A DNA stretch of 40,022 nucleotides, taken from the NCBI GenBank assembly GCA_037127795.1, contig JBAXXQ010000001.1:210252-250273 (forward strand), read 5' to 3'. Both the position numbers and the translations under genes were made by a program. The first letter of the stretch is position 1, and the number at the start of each line of letters is the position of its first letter. Shown here piece by piece: positions 20,972 through 31,008 of the stretch. The notes below the pieces were generated by a model. The model was given only the letters and a program-made list of their open reading frames with translations. It searched no databases and had not been told where the DNA came from. The DNA comes from a bacterium. GTDB lineage: Bacteria; Patescibacteriota; Minisyncoccia; Phycocordibacterales; UBA9973.

Positions 20972-21553
20972 ATGGCAAATGTAAATCCACGCAAGGTATT
21001 CCAAATTCAGAACGACCTTGCAAAAGTAGTGCTTCAAAAATTTGAAGCAAATGATATTAAGTTTTTCCAAGAACTGGAAGGTTTGGTACAAAAACATGCT
21101 GTACCAGAAAGTATTGCCGATAAACTTGCAAGGTTTGGTGATATTGCTCGTAGTAAAGGTATCAAATTATATTATGATACAACTACTGGGACTGATCCAG
21201 ATATTATGAATCGGCTACCAAATGCAGTAGTATCACTAAATCCTGCACCGCAAGGAAATTGGAAAAAAGTAGATACCCAAAATGGTACTACCGAAAGCAA
21301 AATGCTTAAGACCGCTATCATAATGCTGCTTTCTTGCGCAGTTGATACATTTATTGCAGAATTGCAAAAAGGCACATTCGATACGCTTTCTACCTACCGC
21401 ATTATCTTCTTGGAAGAAAAAGATGCACAAGGTAGGGCTCTCAAGCTTGTCTGCAATCGTGACGGCGATGGCAGGCTCCGCTTGTACGTGCTTCAGGTGA
21501 ATCCTGTCAACACGTGGTACGTTGACGGCAATGCGTGGCTTCAGCAACAGTAA
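20972..21553 (+). CDS. Hypothetical protein; probable DGR target with C-terminal variable region
   Basis: C-terminus LVCNRDGDGRLRLYVLQVNPVNTWYVDGNAW; GC-rich last ~115 nt dominated by NNC/NNT codons. Confidence 0.65.
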   Translation: MANVNPRKVFQIQNDLAKVVLQKFEANDIKFFQELEGLVQKHAVPESIADKLARFGDIARSKGIKLYYDTTTGTDPDIMNRLPNAVVSLNPAPQGNWKKVDTQNGTTESKMLKTAIIMLLSCAVDTFIAELQKGTFDTLSTYRIIFLEEKDAQGRALKLVCNRDGDGRLRLYVLQVNPVNTWYVDGNAWLQQQ

Positions 21554-21678
21554 TGCTTTACACTTTTTGTAAAACTCTAGGACATGAAAATGTTTTAGAG
21601 TTTTTTTATTTTCTATACTATTTTATAAATGCAAATTGTTTGCGTTTATAAAAAATGAAGAAAAATATTTTTGTTGAG

Positions 21679-21687
21679 TTATCCACA
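21679..21687 (+). promoter_or_regulatory. Consensus DnaA box (single)
   Basis: TTATCCACA in AT-rich intergenic DNA. Confidence 0.4.
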
Positions 21688-21824
21688 GTTTTGTATAAAA
21701 AAATATTGCATGTATTTTTTTTGTGCGAGATAATAATAATACATGTGGTGATAACGCGTTCAATCACAAAAATAAAGTGGTCGATCATCACAGATGATTA
21801 TTAGAAACTAAAATAAAAATTTTT

Positions 21825-21956
21825 ATGGCACCAAAAAAGAAAGCAGTAAAAAAGGCTGTTAAAAAAGCAGTAAAGAAAGTTGCAAAAAAGGCAGTAAAAA
21901 AGACTGTTAAAAAAGTAGCTAAAAAAGCAGTAAAGAAAGTTGTAAAAAAGAAATAA
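21825..21956 (+). CDS. 43-aa histone H1-like Lys/Ala/Val peptide (absent from the ORF track)
   Basis: MAPKKKAVKKAVKKAVKKVAKKAVKKTVKKVAKKAVKKVVKKK; synonymous codon variation across repeats; UUCG terminator at 21987-22018. Confidence 0.8.
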   Translation: MAPKKKAVKKAVKKAVKKVAKKAVKKTVKKVAKKAVKKVVKKK

Positions 21957-22045
21957 TTCTTTTTTAAACTCTTAACTCTCACTTACCAAAATCGCACCTC
22001 TTCGGAGGTGCGATTTTGTGTATTTTATGGTATAGTGGGGTACTT

Positions 22046-24349
22046 ATGAATACCTTTTTTGAGCAATTATTTGAACGTGGAACACTTAATAGTTTTAAGA
22101 AAAAACTTCCTGCAATCCAAAAAGCAGGGCTTGTATATGCAGGTTTTAGTGACACTGATTTTCCAGAAGAAACAAATCGTTTGAAAGCACGTCTCGCAGG
22201 TGGCGAAAGTCTCGATGCTATTTTGCCAGAAGCATTTGCATTGGTTCGCGAAGCAAGTACTCGTGTACTCGGCAAGCGACATTATGATGTACAGCTTATT
22301 GCAGGTATGGCGCTCCACGCGGGGAACATTGCAGAAATGCGTACCGGAGAAGGAAAGACATTGATGGCTACTGCGCCAGCATATCTCCGCGCACTTACTG
22401 GTAATGGTGTACACGTAGTGACTGTGAACGACTACCTTGCTCGCCGTGATGCGACATGGATGGGAGCAGTGTATTCTTTCTTGGGGCTTTCTGTCGGAGT
22501 ACTTAATGGGCAACAAACATCTTTTGTATACGATCCAACACATGAAGCAGAAGTAGAAGAAAAAACAGACGAGGGGGTATTCCAAGTAGTAAAGCAATTG
22601 CTTCGCCCAGTATCACGTCGTGATGCATACGCTGCAGATATTACGTATGGGACAAATAGTGAATTCGGTTTTGATTACTTGCGAGACAACTTGGTAAATT
22701 CTACTCAAGAGATCGTACAACGTGGACACTATTTTGCTATTATCGATGAAGTAGACTCTATCTTAATAGATGAATCTCGTACACCACTTATTATTTCAAA
22801 TGAAACTGCTGATTCTGAGAGTATGTACACGAGCTCTCGTGATGCAGCTGCACAATTGGAAAAAGATATAGACTATACGGTAGATGAAAAAATGAAAGCT
22901 ATCAGTCTCACCGATGATGGTATTACCAAAGCAGAACGTATTTTAGGAATTGAAAATTTGTATACACAAAAAGGTATTGCATATGTGCACCACCTTGAGA
23001 CTGCAGTCCGTGCTCGTGCTTTGTATGTCAAAGACAAAGATTATGTAGTAAAAGATGGGGAAGTGGTAATCGTTGATCCATTTACTGGTCGTATGCAGCC
23101 AGGACGTCGCTGGAGTGAAGGGCTTCACCAAGCAATAGAAGCAAAAGAAGGTGTTCGTATTGAAAAAGAGACTCGCTCTGTTGCATCTATTACATACCAA
23201 AACTATTTCAAATTCTATACAACACTTTCTGGTATGACAGGTACTGCAAAAACTTCAGAAGAAGAATTTTTGAAAGTATATGGGCTTTCTGTGGTTTCTA
23301 TCCCAACACACTATCCCAACAAGCGTACCGACAATGGCGATCTCATCTTTACTACCGAAGAGGCAAAGTTCAAGGCTATTGCAACACAAGTAAAAGAACT
23401 CCATGCAAAAGGGCAGCCAGTACTTATTGGTACCGTATCTATCGAAAAAAACGAGCTTCTCTCTGCATACCTCAAGCGCGAAGGTATCCCACACCAAGTA
23501 CTCAATGCAAAAAATCATGAACAAGAAGGTAGTGTTATTGCACAAGCAGGCCGCAAAGGTTCTGTGGTTATTGCGACAAACATGGCAGGGCGTGGAGTTG
23601 ATATTATATTGGGAGGTAATCCACTTATCCCCGAAGAACATGCTTTTGTAAAAGAAGTTGGAGGTCTTGCGGTGATTGGTACAGAACGTCATGAAGCTCG
23701 CCGTATCGACAACCAGCTTCGCGGACGTGCTGGACGACAAGGAGATCCAGGGGTAACACAGTTTTTTGTGTCTCTTGAAGATGATCTTATGCGTATTTTC
23801 GGCTCAGATCGTATAAAAGGTATGCTCGACAAGCTCGGTATGCCAGAAGATCAGCCTATTCAAAACGGTTTTGTATCTCGCGCGCTTGAATCAGCACAAA
23901 AGAAAATTGAAGGATTCCATTTTGATGCTCGTAAATATACCCTTGAATACGATACTGTGCTCTCTTTCCAACGAGATGTTATCTATACTAGACGCAAAGC
24001 AATGCTTCATGGAGACCAAGGGCACATCATGGCAGCATTTCATGCACTCGGAAATAGAGAAGAAATGGATAGTTTGGCGCAATCTCGTATTGCACTTGTT
24101 GGAGAAGATGCGTTTTGGGATGCAGTACGCCGATCGATACTCTATGTGACCGATATGTTGTGGGTAGAACACATAGATACTATGGAACATATGCGTCAAA
24201 GTGTAGGTCTTCGGGCATATGGACAACGAGAACCGTTGGTAGAATACAAAAAAGAAGCAACCAGACTCTTCCGGGAGATGGAATACCGTTTTACCGAGCA
24301 AGTCTTGGGTCTAGTGAATGCAATAGGGGAAGATGTAAATAAAAATTAG
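22046..24349 (+). CDS. secA: Preprotein translocase SecA (compact, no C-terminal Zn motif)
   Basis: AEMRTGEGKT, VTVNDYLARRD, IDEVDSILID, ATNMAGRG, RRIDNQLRGRAGRQGDPG, LRAYGQREPLVEYK. Confidence 0.96.
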   Translation: MNTFFEQLFERGTLNSFKKKLPAIQKAGLVYAGFSDTDFPEETNRLKARLAGGESLDAILPEAFALVREASTRVLGKRHYDVQLIAGMALHAGNIAEMRTGEGKTLMATAPAYLRALTGNGVHVVTVNDYLARRDATWMGAVYSFLGLSVGVLNGQQTSFVYDPTHEAEVEEKTDEGVFQVVKQLLRPVSRRDAYAADITYGTNSEFGFDYLRDNLVNSTQEIVQRGHYFAIIDEVDSILIDESRTPLIISNETADSESMYTSSRDAAAQLEKDIDYTVDEKMKAISLTDDGITKAERILGIENLYTQKGIAYVHHLETAVRARALYVKDKDYVVKDGEVVIVDPFTGRMQPGRRWSEGLHQAIEAKEGVRIEKETRSVASITYQNYFKFYTTLSGMTGTAKTSEEEFLKVYGLSVVSIPTHYPNKRTDNGDLIFTTEEAKFKAIATQVKELHAKGQPVLIGTVSIEKNELLSAYLKREGIPHQVLNAKNHEQEGSVIAQAGRKGSVVIATNMAGRGVDIILGGNPLIPEEHAFVKEVGGLAVIGTERHEARRIDNQLRGRAGRQGDPGVTQFFVSLEDDLMRIFGSDRIKGMLDKLGMPEDQPIQNGFVSRALESAQKKIEGFHFDARKYTLEYDTVLSFQRDVIYTRRKAMLHGDQGHIMAAFHALGNREEMDSLAQSRIALVGEDAFWDAVRRSILYVTDMLWVEHIDTMEHMRQSVGLRAYGQREPLVEYKKEATRLFREMEYRFTEQVLGLVNAIGEDVNKN

Positions 24350-24383
24350 AACACATATTTGACGTATTGTCAAGATTTGTATC

Positions 24384-24416
24384 ATAAAATACCCTTATAA
24401 AATAAGGGTATTTTAT
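24384..24416 (+). terminator. secA terminator
   Basis: ataaaatacccttat-aaa-ataagggtattttat. Confidence 0.7.
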
Positions 24417-24588
24417 ATTTGACACTTATTTTTTTCGTTGTATAACCATTGACAATAATTCTCGTTTGTGATACTATATAGATATTCCTTACACCGTATT
24501 GGTATAAGGAATTTCGCTTCCAAGGGGTAACACTCTTACGAAACGAGATTCGCAGTTACGAAGTTCCTCCGGAGCTCAACCGGAATCT

Positions 24589-25158
24589 ATGAGTAAAACA
24601 AATACAATATTTAAATCTTTTATCGTTGTTCCAATGATTGCGACAAGTTTGTCGGTGAATACAATGACTACTTCAATGAGTTCTCTTGTATCACAAATCA
24701 CTGGTGCTCCGGTACAAGACGTATCTACCACCCAAACCCCAGAGCAGAAATTGCGAGAGGAGCATGCGGCAAAGATTGATGCATATTTTGCACAATACGA
24801 TATGCCACTTGCTGGGTATGGTATGAAAATGGTACTTGAAGCAGAGAAGCACGATGTTGACTGGCGTATGATCCCGGCTATTGCGGTTCGTGAGTCAACA
24901 GGAGGAATTCATGCATGTAAAAGTGTAAAATTCAGTCCATTCGGCTTTGGTTCTTGTCGTATTAGTTTTAAAAGCTATGACGATGCTATCGAAGTGATTG
25001 CAAAGAACTTGGGAGGTAATAACCCAAATACCGCTGCGTACTATGATGGTAAAACAAATCGTCAAATCCTTCAGAGTTACAACCCTCCTTCAGTTATTCC
25101 AAAATATGCTGATGAAGTGATGTCAATTATGAACAAGATAGATGATATGGACGCGTAA
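24589..25158 (+). CDS. Exported lysozyme-fold (glucosaminidase-like) cell-wall hydrolase
   Basis: Signal-like N-terminus; PAIAVRESTGG, PFGFG, YNPP..YADEV. Confidence 0.65.
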   Translation: MSKTNTIFKSFIVVPMIATSLSVNTMTTSMSSLVSQITGAPVQDVSTTQTPEQKLREEHAAKIDAYFAQYDMPLAGYGMKMVLEAEKHDVDWRMIPAIAVRESTGGIHACKSVKFSPFGFGSCRISFKSYDDAIEVIAKNLGGNNPNTAAYYDGKTNRQILQSYNPPSVIPKYADEVMSIMNKIDDMDA

Positions 25159-25169
25159 TACCAATACAG

Positions 25170-25200
25170 ATAAAACCCCCGACTATGTCGGGGGTTTTAT
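25170..25200 (+). terminator. Intrinsic terminator
   Basis: ataaaacccccgac-tat-gtcgggggttttat. Confidence 0.8.
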
Positions 25201-25259
25201 TGTTTCTTTGTAGTAGTGGCGAAAAAAGTTGCTAGTACTTACGTAGTAGCAACTTTTAT

Positions 25260-25583
25260 TTAGAAGTAGGTGTCCATATTGAGTCCAAGTTCAAGAACTT
25301 GTTCCAATAGGGTGTCATGTACTACCTCTGTTTTCTGTGCAGAGAATTCTTCTTTTTGCTTGGAAGCATCTTTTTGCTCTTTTTTAATTTCATTATAAAA
25401 GCGCTTAAAATCTGCTTTTGTTTTGCACCCATACAAATGACCATAGGTATTGAAGTTGTTCTCAATTACACGATCAAATAGTATGCCAAGTTTCCCTTTA
25501 ATAAAATGCTTCTGTTTTAAAGCATAATACTCCGTAGAGATTTTTTGAAGAAGTTCCTGTTTTGTTGGTGGAATTTTATCCAT
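25260..25583 (-). CDS. Hypothetical protein
   Basis: 107-aa ORF with TTGACA-N16-TATAAT promoter and a hairpin at 25226-25257. Confidence 0.6.
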   Translation of the reverse strand: MDKIPPTKQELLQKISTEYYALKQKHFIKGKLGILFDRVIENNFNTYGHLYGCKTKADFKRFYNEIKKEQKDASKQKEEFSAQKTEVVHDTLLEQVLELGLNMDTYF

Positions 25584-25636
25584 AACAAAGAATATTTATT
25601 TGTATTTATTATAGCATTGCAAAAATGCATGTCAAG

Positions 25637-28600
25637 CTATTCAAAAGTCTTTATATTTTCTATCTGTATTGAGAATCTATCGTTTCGCTCTGAAGCACTA
25701 CATTGGATGGCGATGATGGCACCTTCTACGACTTTATTGCCAATTTCTTTGAATTTTTCAGGGAAGACTACTGCTTCTGCAGAGCCAGTCTTGTCTTCGA
25801 GGGTGACAAAAGCCATACGAGTATTTGATTTGGTAATAATCATTTTGACTTCGGCAATACGAGCAACAAGGAATTTGTTTTTTACATTCTTTTCGGCAAT
25901 GAGTTTTGCAATAGTAGATCCAGCCTTGGTTATCTTGTCCGTATATATATCGAGTGGGTGTCCTGAGATATAGAAGCCGAGCAGTTCTTTTTCCCATGCA
26001 AGGACAGTATTTACCGGTGCTGGCTCTGCATCGCGCATAGTGAGAGTACTTTGTGGGGCTGCAAGGAGGCTATCAAAAAGGGAGTGTTGGTTTGCTTGGG
26101 CAAAAGAGCCTATACCTTTGTGAAATGCCAGGAGGTTGTCCATATTTTCAAAAAGTTTATTTCTTTCGCCGAATGCATCCATGGCGCCACATTTTACCAA
26201 AGCTTCGAGAGATTTTTTGTTTATATTGCGATGCTGGACTCGTTCGAGGAAGTTTTCTATAGAAGTAAATTTGCCACGATTTTTTCGCTCTGCAATAATA
26301 ATTTTTCCAATCTCTTCTCCAAAGTTTTTGATATTGTTCATTCCAAAACGGATTTTTTTTGTAGGGGCTCCATTTTCTACCACTACAGTAAATTCAGAAA
26401 AAGATTCATTGATGTCTGGGGGAAGAATATCAAATCCCATACGCTTTGCTTCAGCGATGTATAGGCTACATGTTTCTATATCACCTGATTCTGCGGTCAT
26501 ACACGCACTGAGATATTCAGGGGCATAGTTTGCTTTCAAATACGCTGTCTTGTACGCCACCATACCATAACTCGCCGCATGGGCTTTGTTGAATCCGTAC
26601 GCAGCAAATGGTTCAATCTTTTTCCAGAGATCATCTATTTGTTTTACTTCCAAGCCACCATATTCACGACAACCTTTGTAGAATTTATCTTTTTGTTCGG
26701 CCATTTCTGCAGGAATCTTTTTTCCCATGGCTTTACGGAATTTGTCGGCATCGAGCCATGTATATCCAGCAAGACGGATAGCCGCCATGAGCACGTCGTC
26801 CTGGTACACGAGCAATCCGTATGATGCTTCAAGATCGTCTTTGAGGCGTGGGTCTGGATAGTTTATATATTTAGGGTTTTGTTTACGTTTGATATATTCA
26901 GGGATCACTTCCATAGGTCCAGGACGGTACAAAGCCACCATCGCCATCAAGTCTTCAATCTTTGCAGGCTTTAGTTCTTTGAGATAGTGTGTCATACCAT
27001 CACCAGCCATTTGGAATACTCCCATAGTCTCACCACGAGAAAGCATTTCAAACACGTTTTTGTCATCAAGCGGGATAGTGTCTATATCGACATCAATACC
27101 ACGGATTTTTTTGATACGTTCTATTGCCCCAGAAATAAACTGTAGGTTTCTAATTCCCAACATATCAAATTTTGGTAGATTTACTACACCGTCACGTCCT
27201 CCGGTGAACATATCGTATTGTGTGATAATTTTATTTTCACCTTTTGGATCGTATTGGATAGGAGTGAACTCTGTGATGTCTGCAATAGGGGCTACAATCA
27301 CTCCTGCAGCGTGTACAGAGATGTGTCGGACGTTTCCTTCAATCTTTTTCGCCATGTCGATAATTTCTTTTGCACCTTGATCGGTGTCATACATTTTTTT
27401 GAGTTCAGGCTCCATTTCTATAGCGTGCTCAATAGTCATAGGGAAGCCTTGGCTACCCATAGGAATAAGTTTTGCGAGCTTGTCTCCGACAGTATATGGA
27501 TATCCGAGCGCACGAGCAACATCACGCACACTTCCTCGAGCGGCCATTGTTCCAAAGGTACAGATCTGTGCAACAGCACCTTCTCCGTATGTTGCGCGAA
27601 TATAGCCGATAAGGTCATCACGGCGGTTGTCTGCAATATCTAGGTCAATATCAGGAATACCAGGACGAAGTGGGTTCAAGAAACGTTCGAATGGAAGTTT
27701 GTACTTGAGTGGGTCTACTGTTGTAATACCTGTTGCGTATGAGACAAAAGATCCCGCAGCAGATCCTCGAGTGTTGGTATAAATACCCATACGACGCGCT
27801 GCTTGCACAATATCTGCTTCTACTAAGAAGTACGAAGGAAATCCTTTTTGGGTAATAATATCAAGCTCAAAATCAATACGTTCTTTTGCTTTTCCTTCAT
27901 ATGCATAGCCGAGCGCAGGGAGCCCATCTATAACATTTTTACGCAATACTTCGTCGTAGGTAGTACCTTCGGGGATTGGATACGTAGGGAAGCGCCATGG
28001 GGAAAATTCTATATCGATATCGACAAGGTCTGCGACTTTTTGTGTATTGTCTACTGCTTCTGGTATGTCTTTAAAAATCTCACGTGCTTCTTCTTCATTT
28101 ATAAAAGAGTAGTCTCCTTCAAATTTGAAATTACCGTTGTTGGTATTGATAGCAAGGAGGGTATTGTGTGCATCTTTGTCACCCTTGTTAAGGTAATGCG
28201 AGTCCCATGTTGCGACAATAGGGAGGTCAAATTCTTTTGCAATACTTTGGATAGTAGGGATGAGTGGTATGTACCAGTCCACATCATCGTGAATCATTAT
28301 TTCTACGAATACATGTTCAAAAATTTCTGTATATGTTTTGAGAAGTTTTTTTGCTTCGTCGATATTACCGTTTTTAATATGTTTTATAAAACGAGACCCA
28401 GGACATCCAGAAAGACAGATAAGTCCTTCGCTGTGTTGGCGAAGAAGGTCTATATCCATGCGGGGTTTGTAGTAGTACCCTTCGAGGTTTGATTTGGATA
28501 CAAGCTTCATGAGGTTTTTGTAGCCCGCATTGTTTTTTGCAAGCAAGGTGAGGTGATATCGTGGATTGTCGACACCAGATTCTTTATCAAAACGAGTACG

Positions 28601-28813
28601 CTCTGCGATATATGCCTCGACACCGATAATAGGTTTTATATCTTTTGCTTTACATGCTTTATAAAATTCGATAGCACCATACATGCCACCATGGTCGGTG
28701 AGAGCAAGCGCGGTCATATTGAGCTCTTTTGCACGATTTACCAAGTCAGGAATTTTTGATAATCCATCAAGGAAAGAGTAGTGGGAATGGGTATGTAGGT
28801 GGACAAAAGCCAT
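25637..28813 (-). CDS. dnaE: DNA polymerase III alpha subunit
   Basis: HLHTHSHYS, RGSAAGS, FERFLNP, PDIDLD, HAAGV, YGFNKAHA, C-terminal OB fold. Confidence 0.97.
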   Translation of the reverse strand: MAFVHLHTHSHYSFLDGLSKIPDLVNRAKELNMTALALTDHGGMYGAIEFYKACKAKDIKPIIGVEAYIAERTRFDKESGVDNPRYHLTLLAKNNAGYKNLMKLVSKSNLEGYYYKPRMDIDLLRQHSEGLICLSGCPGSRFIKHIKNGNIDEAKKLLKTYTEIFEHVFVEIMIHDDVDWYIPLIPTIQSIAKEFDLPIVATWDSHYLNKGDKDAHNTLLAINTNNGNFKFEGDYSFINEEEAREIFKDIPEAVDNTQKVADLVDIDIEFSPWRFPTYPIPEGTTYDEVLRKNVIDGLPALGYAYEGKAKERIDFELDIITQKGFPSYFLVEADIVQAARRMGIYTNTRGSAAGSFVSYATGITTVDPLKYKLPFERFLNPLRPGIPDIDLDIADNRRDDLIGYIRATYGEGAVAQICTFGTMAARGSVRDVARALGYPYTVGDKLAKLIPMGSQGFPMTIEHAIEMEPELKKMYDTDQGAKEIIDMAKKIEGNVRHISVHAAGVIVAPIADITEFTPIQYDPKGENKIITQYDMFTGGRDGVVNLPKFDMLGIRNLQFISGAIERIKKIRGIDVDIDTIPLDDKNVFEMLSRGETMGVFQMAGDGMTHYLKELKPAKIEDLMAMVALYRPGPMEVIPEYIKRKQNPKYINYPDPRLKDDLEASYGLLVYQDDVLMAAIRLAGYTWLDADKFRKAMGKKIPAEMAEQKDKFYKGCREYGGLEVKQIDDLWKKIEPFAAYGFNKAHAASYGMVAYKTAYLKANYAPEYLSACMTAESGDIETCSLYIAEAKRMGFDILPPDINESFSEFTVVVENGAPTKKIRFGMNNIKNFGEEIGKIIIAERKNRGKFTSIENFLERVQHRNINKKSLEALVKCGAMDAFGERNKLFENMDNLLAFHKGIGSFAQANQHSLFDSLLAAPQSTLTMRDAEPAPVNTVLAWEKELLGFYISGHPLDIYTDKITKAGSTIAKLIAEKNVKNKFLVARIAEVKMIITKSNTRMAFVTLEDKTGSAEAVVFPEKFKEIGNKVVEGAIIAIQCSASERNDRFSIQIENIKTFE

Positions 28814-28900
28814 AGTAGGGCTAAGTATACCAATTTATAGGAAGGTATGGCAGTACTTGACTTTTACATATAAAATGCTATTATTTAAAAAATATAAACG

Positions 28901-29302
28901 ATGAAAAGAGTACCTTTAATTTTATTTACAGAGTTAAAAAAGTTTTTTTCCACTGATATGGTAGAAGATATATTGCGGGTTTTTGTGTATCTACCAAAAA
29001 TATTTTTCGTAATGTTGTTTGTAGGATTTCTTTTGAGTCTTTTGCAAATCAATTTTGTACATAGAAATATTATAAATAATGTATATGTTTATAATAATTC
29101 GTATCAAAAATGGATAGAGAAACCAAAAGGTATATTTACACAAATGAAATCTTCAGAAATAGTTGGTGGTACACAATCAGATAAACCAAGTTTTGTACGT
29201 GTTTATTACATGTGTGGTAAGGGGTTTATGTCAAAAAAAGAAAAACCTACTTTCGATGATATTATTGCTTGGAAAAAAACTTTTAATAAAAAAATCCTAT
29301 AA
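28901..29302 (+). CDS. Hypothetical membrane protein
   Basis: One hydrophobic segment; TTGACT promoter; stop codon in the terminator loop. Confidence 0.55.
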   Translation: MKRVPLILFTELKKFFSTDMVEDILRVFVYLPKIFFVMLFVGFLLSLLQINFVHRNIINNVYVYNNSYQKWIEKPKGIFTQMKSSEIVGGTQSDKPSFVRVYYMCGKGFMSKKEKPTFDDIIAWKKTFNKKIL

Positions 29303-29332
29303 CACTAGGATTTTTTTTGCTATAGTAGCAAT

Positions 29333-29941
29333 GTGAAAAAAACCTCAAAAACACCACAATATATAGTCGGTATAGATGAAGTAGGGCGGGGGCCACTTGC
29401 GGGGCCTGTGACACTGTGTGCAGTGGTATGTAGTGCAGAGTTTTATAAAAAATTGGCAAGATATGAAGGACTTACCGATTCCAAAAAACTCACTGAGAAA
29501 AACCGTGAACATTGGTATACCCTTGCAAAACTTATGAAAGCTGAAGGATTGATATCGTTTGTTGTTGTATCAAAATCTAATACACATATAGACAGATACG
29601 GTATTTCTGCGAGTATCAAAACTGCTGTTGTTGCATGCCTAGAAAAGCTTGAGATTGATCCGCTACACACCAAGGTGCTTCTCGATGGAAGTCTCCATGC
29701 ACCAGCGATATATATCAATCAAGAAACTATTATAAAAGGTGATCAAAAAGAAAAAATAATTTCACTTGCGTCTATTATTGCAAAAGTAACTCGCGATAGA
29801 TACATGGTAAAAATTGCAAAAAAGTACCCGGTATATGGATTTGATATTCACAAAGGCTACGGTACAAAAATACACCGAGATGCTATCAAAAAACATGGCA
29901 TGAGCGATCTACACCGAAAAAGTTTTTGCGGAAAAATATAA
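29333..29941 (+). CDS. rnhB: Ribonuclease HII
   Basis: GIDEVGRGPLAGPV, DSKKL, KGD, ASIIAKVTRD, HKGYGT, HRKSF. Confidence 0.96.
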   Translation: MKKTSKTPQYIVGIDEVGRGPLAGPVTLCAVVCSAEFYKKLARYEGLTDSKKLTEKNREHWYTLAKLMKAEGLISFVVVSKSNTHIDRYGISASIKTAVVACLEKLEIDPLHTKVLLDGSLHAPAIYINQETIIKGDQKEKIISLASIIAKVTRDRYMVKIAKKYPVYGFDIHKGYGTKIHRDAIKKHGMSDLHRKSFCGKI

Positions 29942-29947
29942 AAACTT

Positions 29948-30286
29948 TTAATTTATACCTGGAAAATGTGGAAAAGGTGTTCCTATAAAAAAATGTTGCA
30001 GTAAAGCTATTATAAAGATAAAAATAGTTATTGCTGATAACCCAGAAATAAGAAAAGATATCAATATTGTAAATGAAAATTTTTTATTTTTTAAATAATC
30101 ACGTATTAAAAAAATACTAATTCCTAAAATACATATAAAAATAAAACTAAGTAATATAAGTGTAATAAAGCTTTTATTAGCACCAAAGCTATTCCAAAAA
30201 AGAATAGGGTATATTGATATCAGAAAAAAATAGTAAGTTATCTTTAAAAAATTAATAAAACTTTCATAATTGTTTGATTCTTCCAT
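29948..30286 (-). CDS. Very AT-rich 3-TM hypothetical protein
   Basis: Three hydrophobic stretches; TGaTATAAT 6 nt before the ATG. Confidence 0.55.
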   Translation of the reverse strand: MEESNNYESFINFLKITYYFFLISIYPILFWNSFGANKSFITLILLSFIFICILGISIFLIRDYLKNKKFSFTILISFLISGLSAITIFIFIIALLQHFFIGTPFPHFPGIN

Positions 30287-30305
30287 AATTTTATTATATC
30301 ACTTT

Positions 30306-31007
30306 TTACCGTAACACTTCGTAGCTTGCTACTATTGCTGCGGTGTCGGCTTTGAGTATACGTGCACCGAGAGATAGTACTGTAGTGTGCTCTTTGAGAT
30401 ATTCTCGCTCGGTATCGCTCCAGCCACCTTCTGGTCCTATAAAAATAATACTTTTTTCACTGTATGTAATAGCTTCTTTTTTATGCTCTGCGTGCCCGTT
30501 TAGGGTATCAAAACTATATGGTGTGTATTCTCCGTATTGGAGCAATGTCTGCTCTATAGAAAGAGGCTCGATGATATGCACGACGGTATTGCCTCCACAT
30601 TGCTCAAGTGCCTCATTGCTAATTTTTTGTAATCTATCTAAGCGAACTTCTTTTTTTATAACCCTATCACTTATGAGGGGGACGATAGTTTGTACACCGA
30701 GCTCGGTAAGTTTTTGTACTATGGTATCAAAATTATTTTTTGTAATCGCAATAGCAACAACAAGCTCTCGTGGTGGTTTTGTATAATTTCCAAATACTGA
30801 TACAACATCTCCAGTAATACCTTTTTTTGTCACGCTTGTGAGGGTGGTATGGAAGTCTGGTGATCCATTGCTAAAAAATATAACTTGCTCTCCAGGTGCG
30901 ATGCGTAATACAGAAGAAATAATATGCACTACTTCTGTATTGGTAATAGTGATATTGCCTTCGCTAGGAATATATTGATCTATAAGAAAACGGTGTATTT
31001 TTTTCAT
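30306..31007 (-). CDS. rsmE: 16S rRNA m3U1498 methyltransferase
   Basis: QKLTELGV, EALEQCG, IGPEGGWS, LGARILKADTA. Confidence 0.93.
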   Translation of the reverse strand: MKKIHRFLIDQYIPSEGNITITNTEVVHIISSVLRIAPGEQVIFFSNGSPDFHTTLTSVTKKGITGDVVSVFGNYTKPPRELVVAIAITKNNFDTIVQKLTELGVQTIVPLISDRVIKKEVRLDRLQKISNEALEQCGGNTVVHIIEPLSIEQTLLQYGEYTPYSFDTLNGHAEHKKEAITYSEKSIIFIGPEGGWSDTEREYLKEHTTVLSLGARILKADTAAIVASYEVLR

Positions 31008-31008
31008 A

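Noticed and set aside
21600-21760. oriC
   Set aside because: Only one consensus DnaA box and no dnaA/dnaN in the window
21788-21982. Minus-strand Phe/Thr-rich ORF (likewise 31559-32005)
   Set aside because: Shadow frames of Lys-rich plus-strand genes
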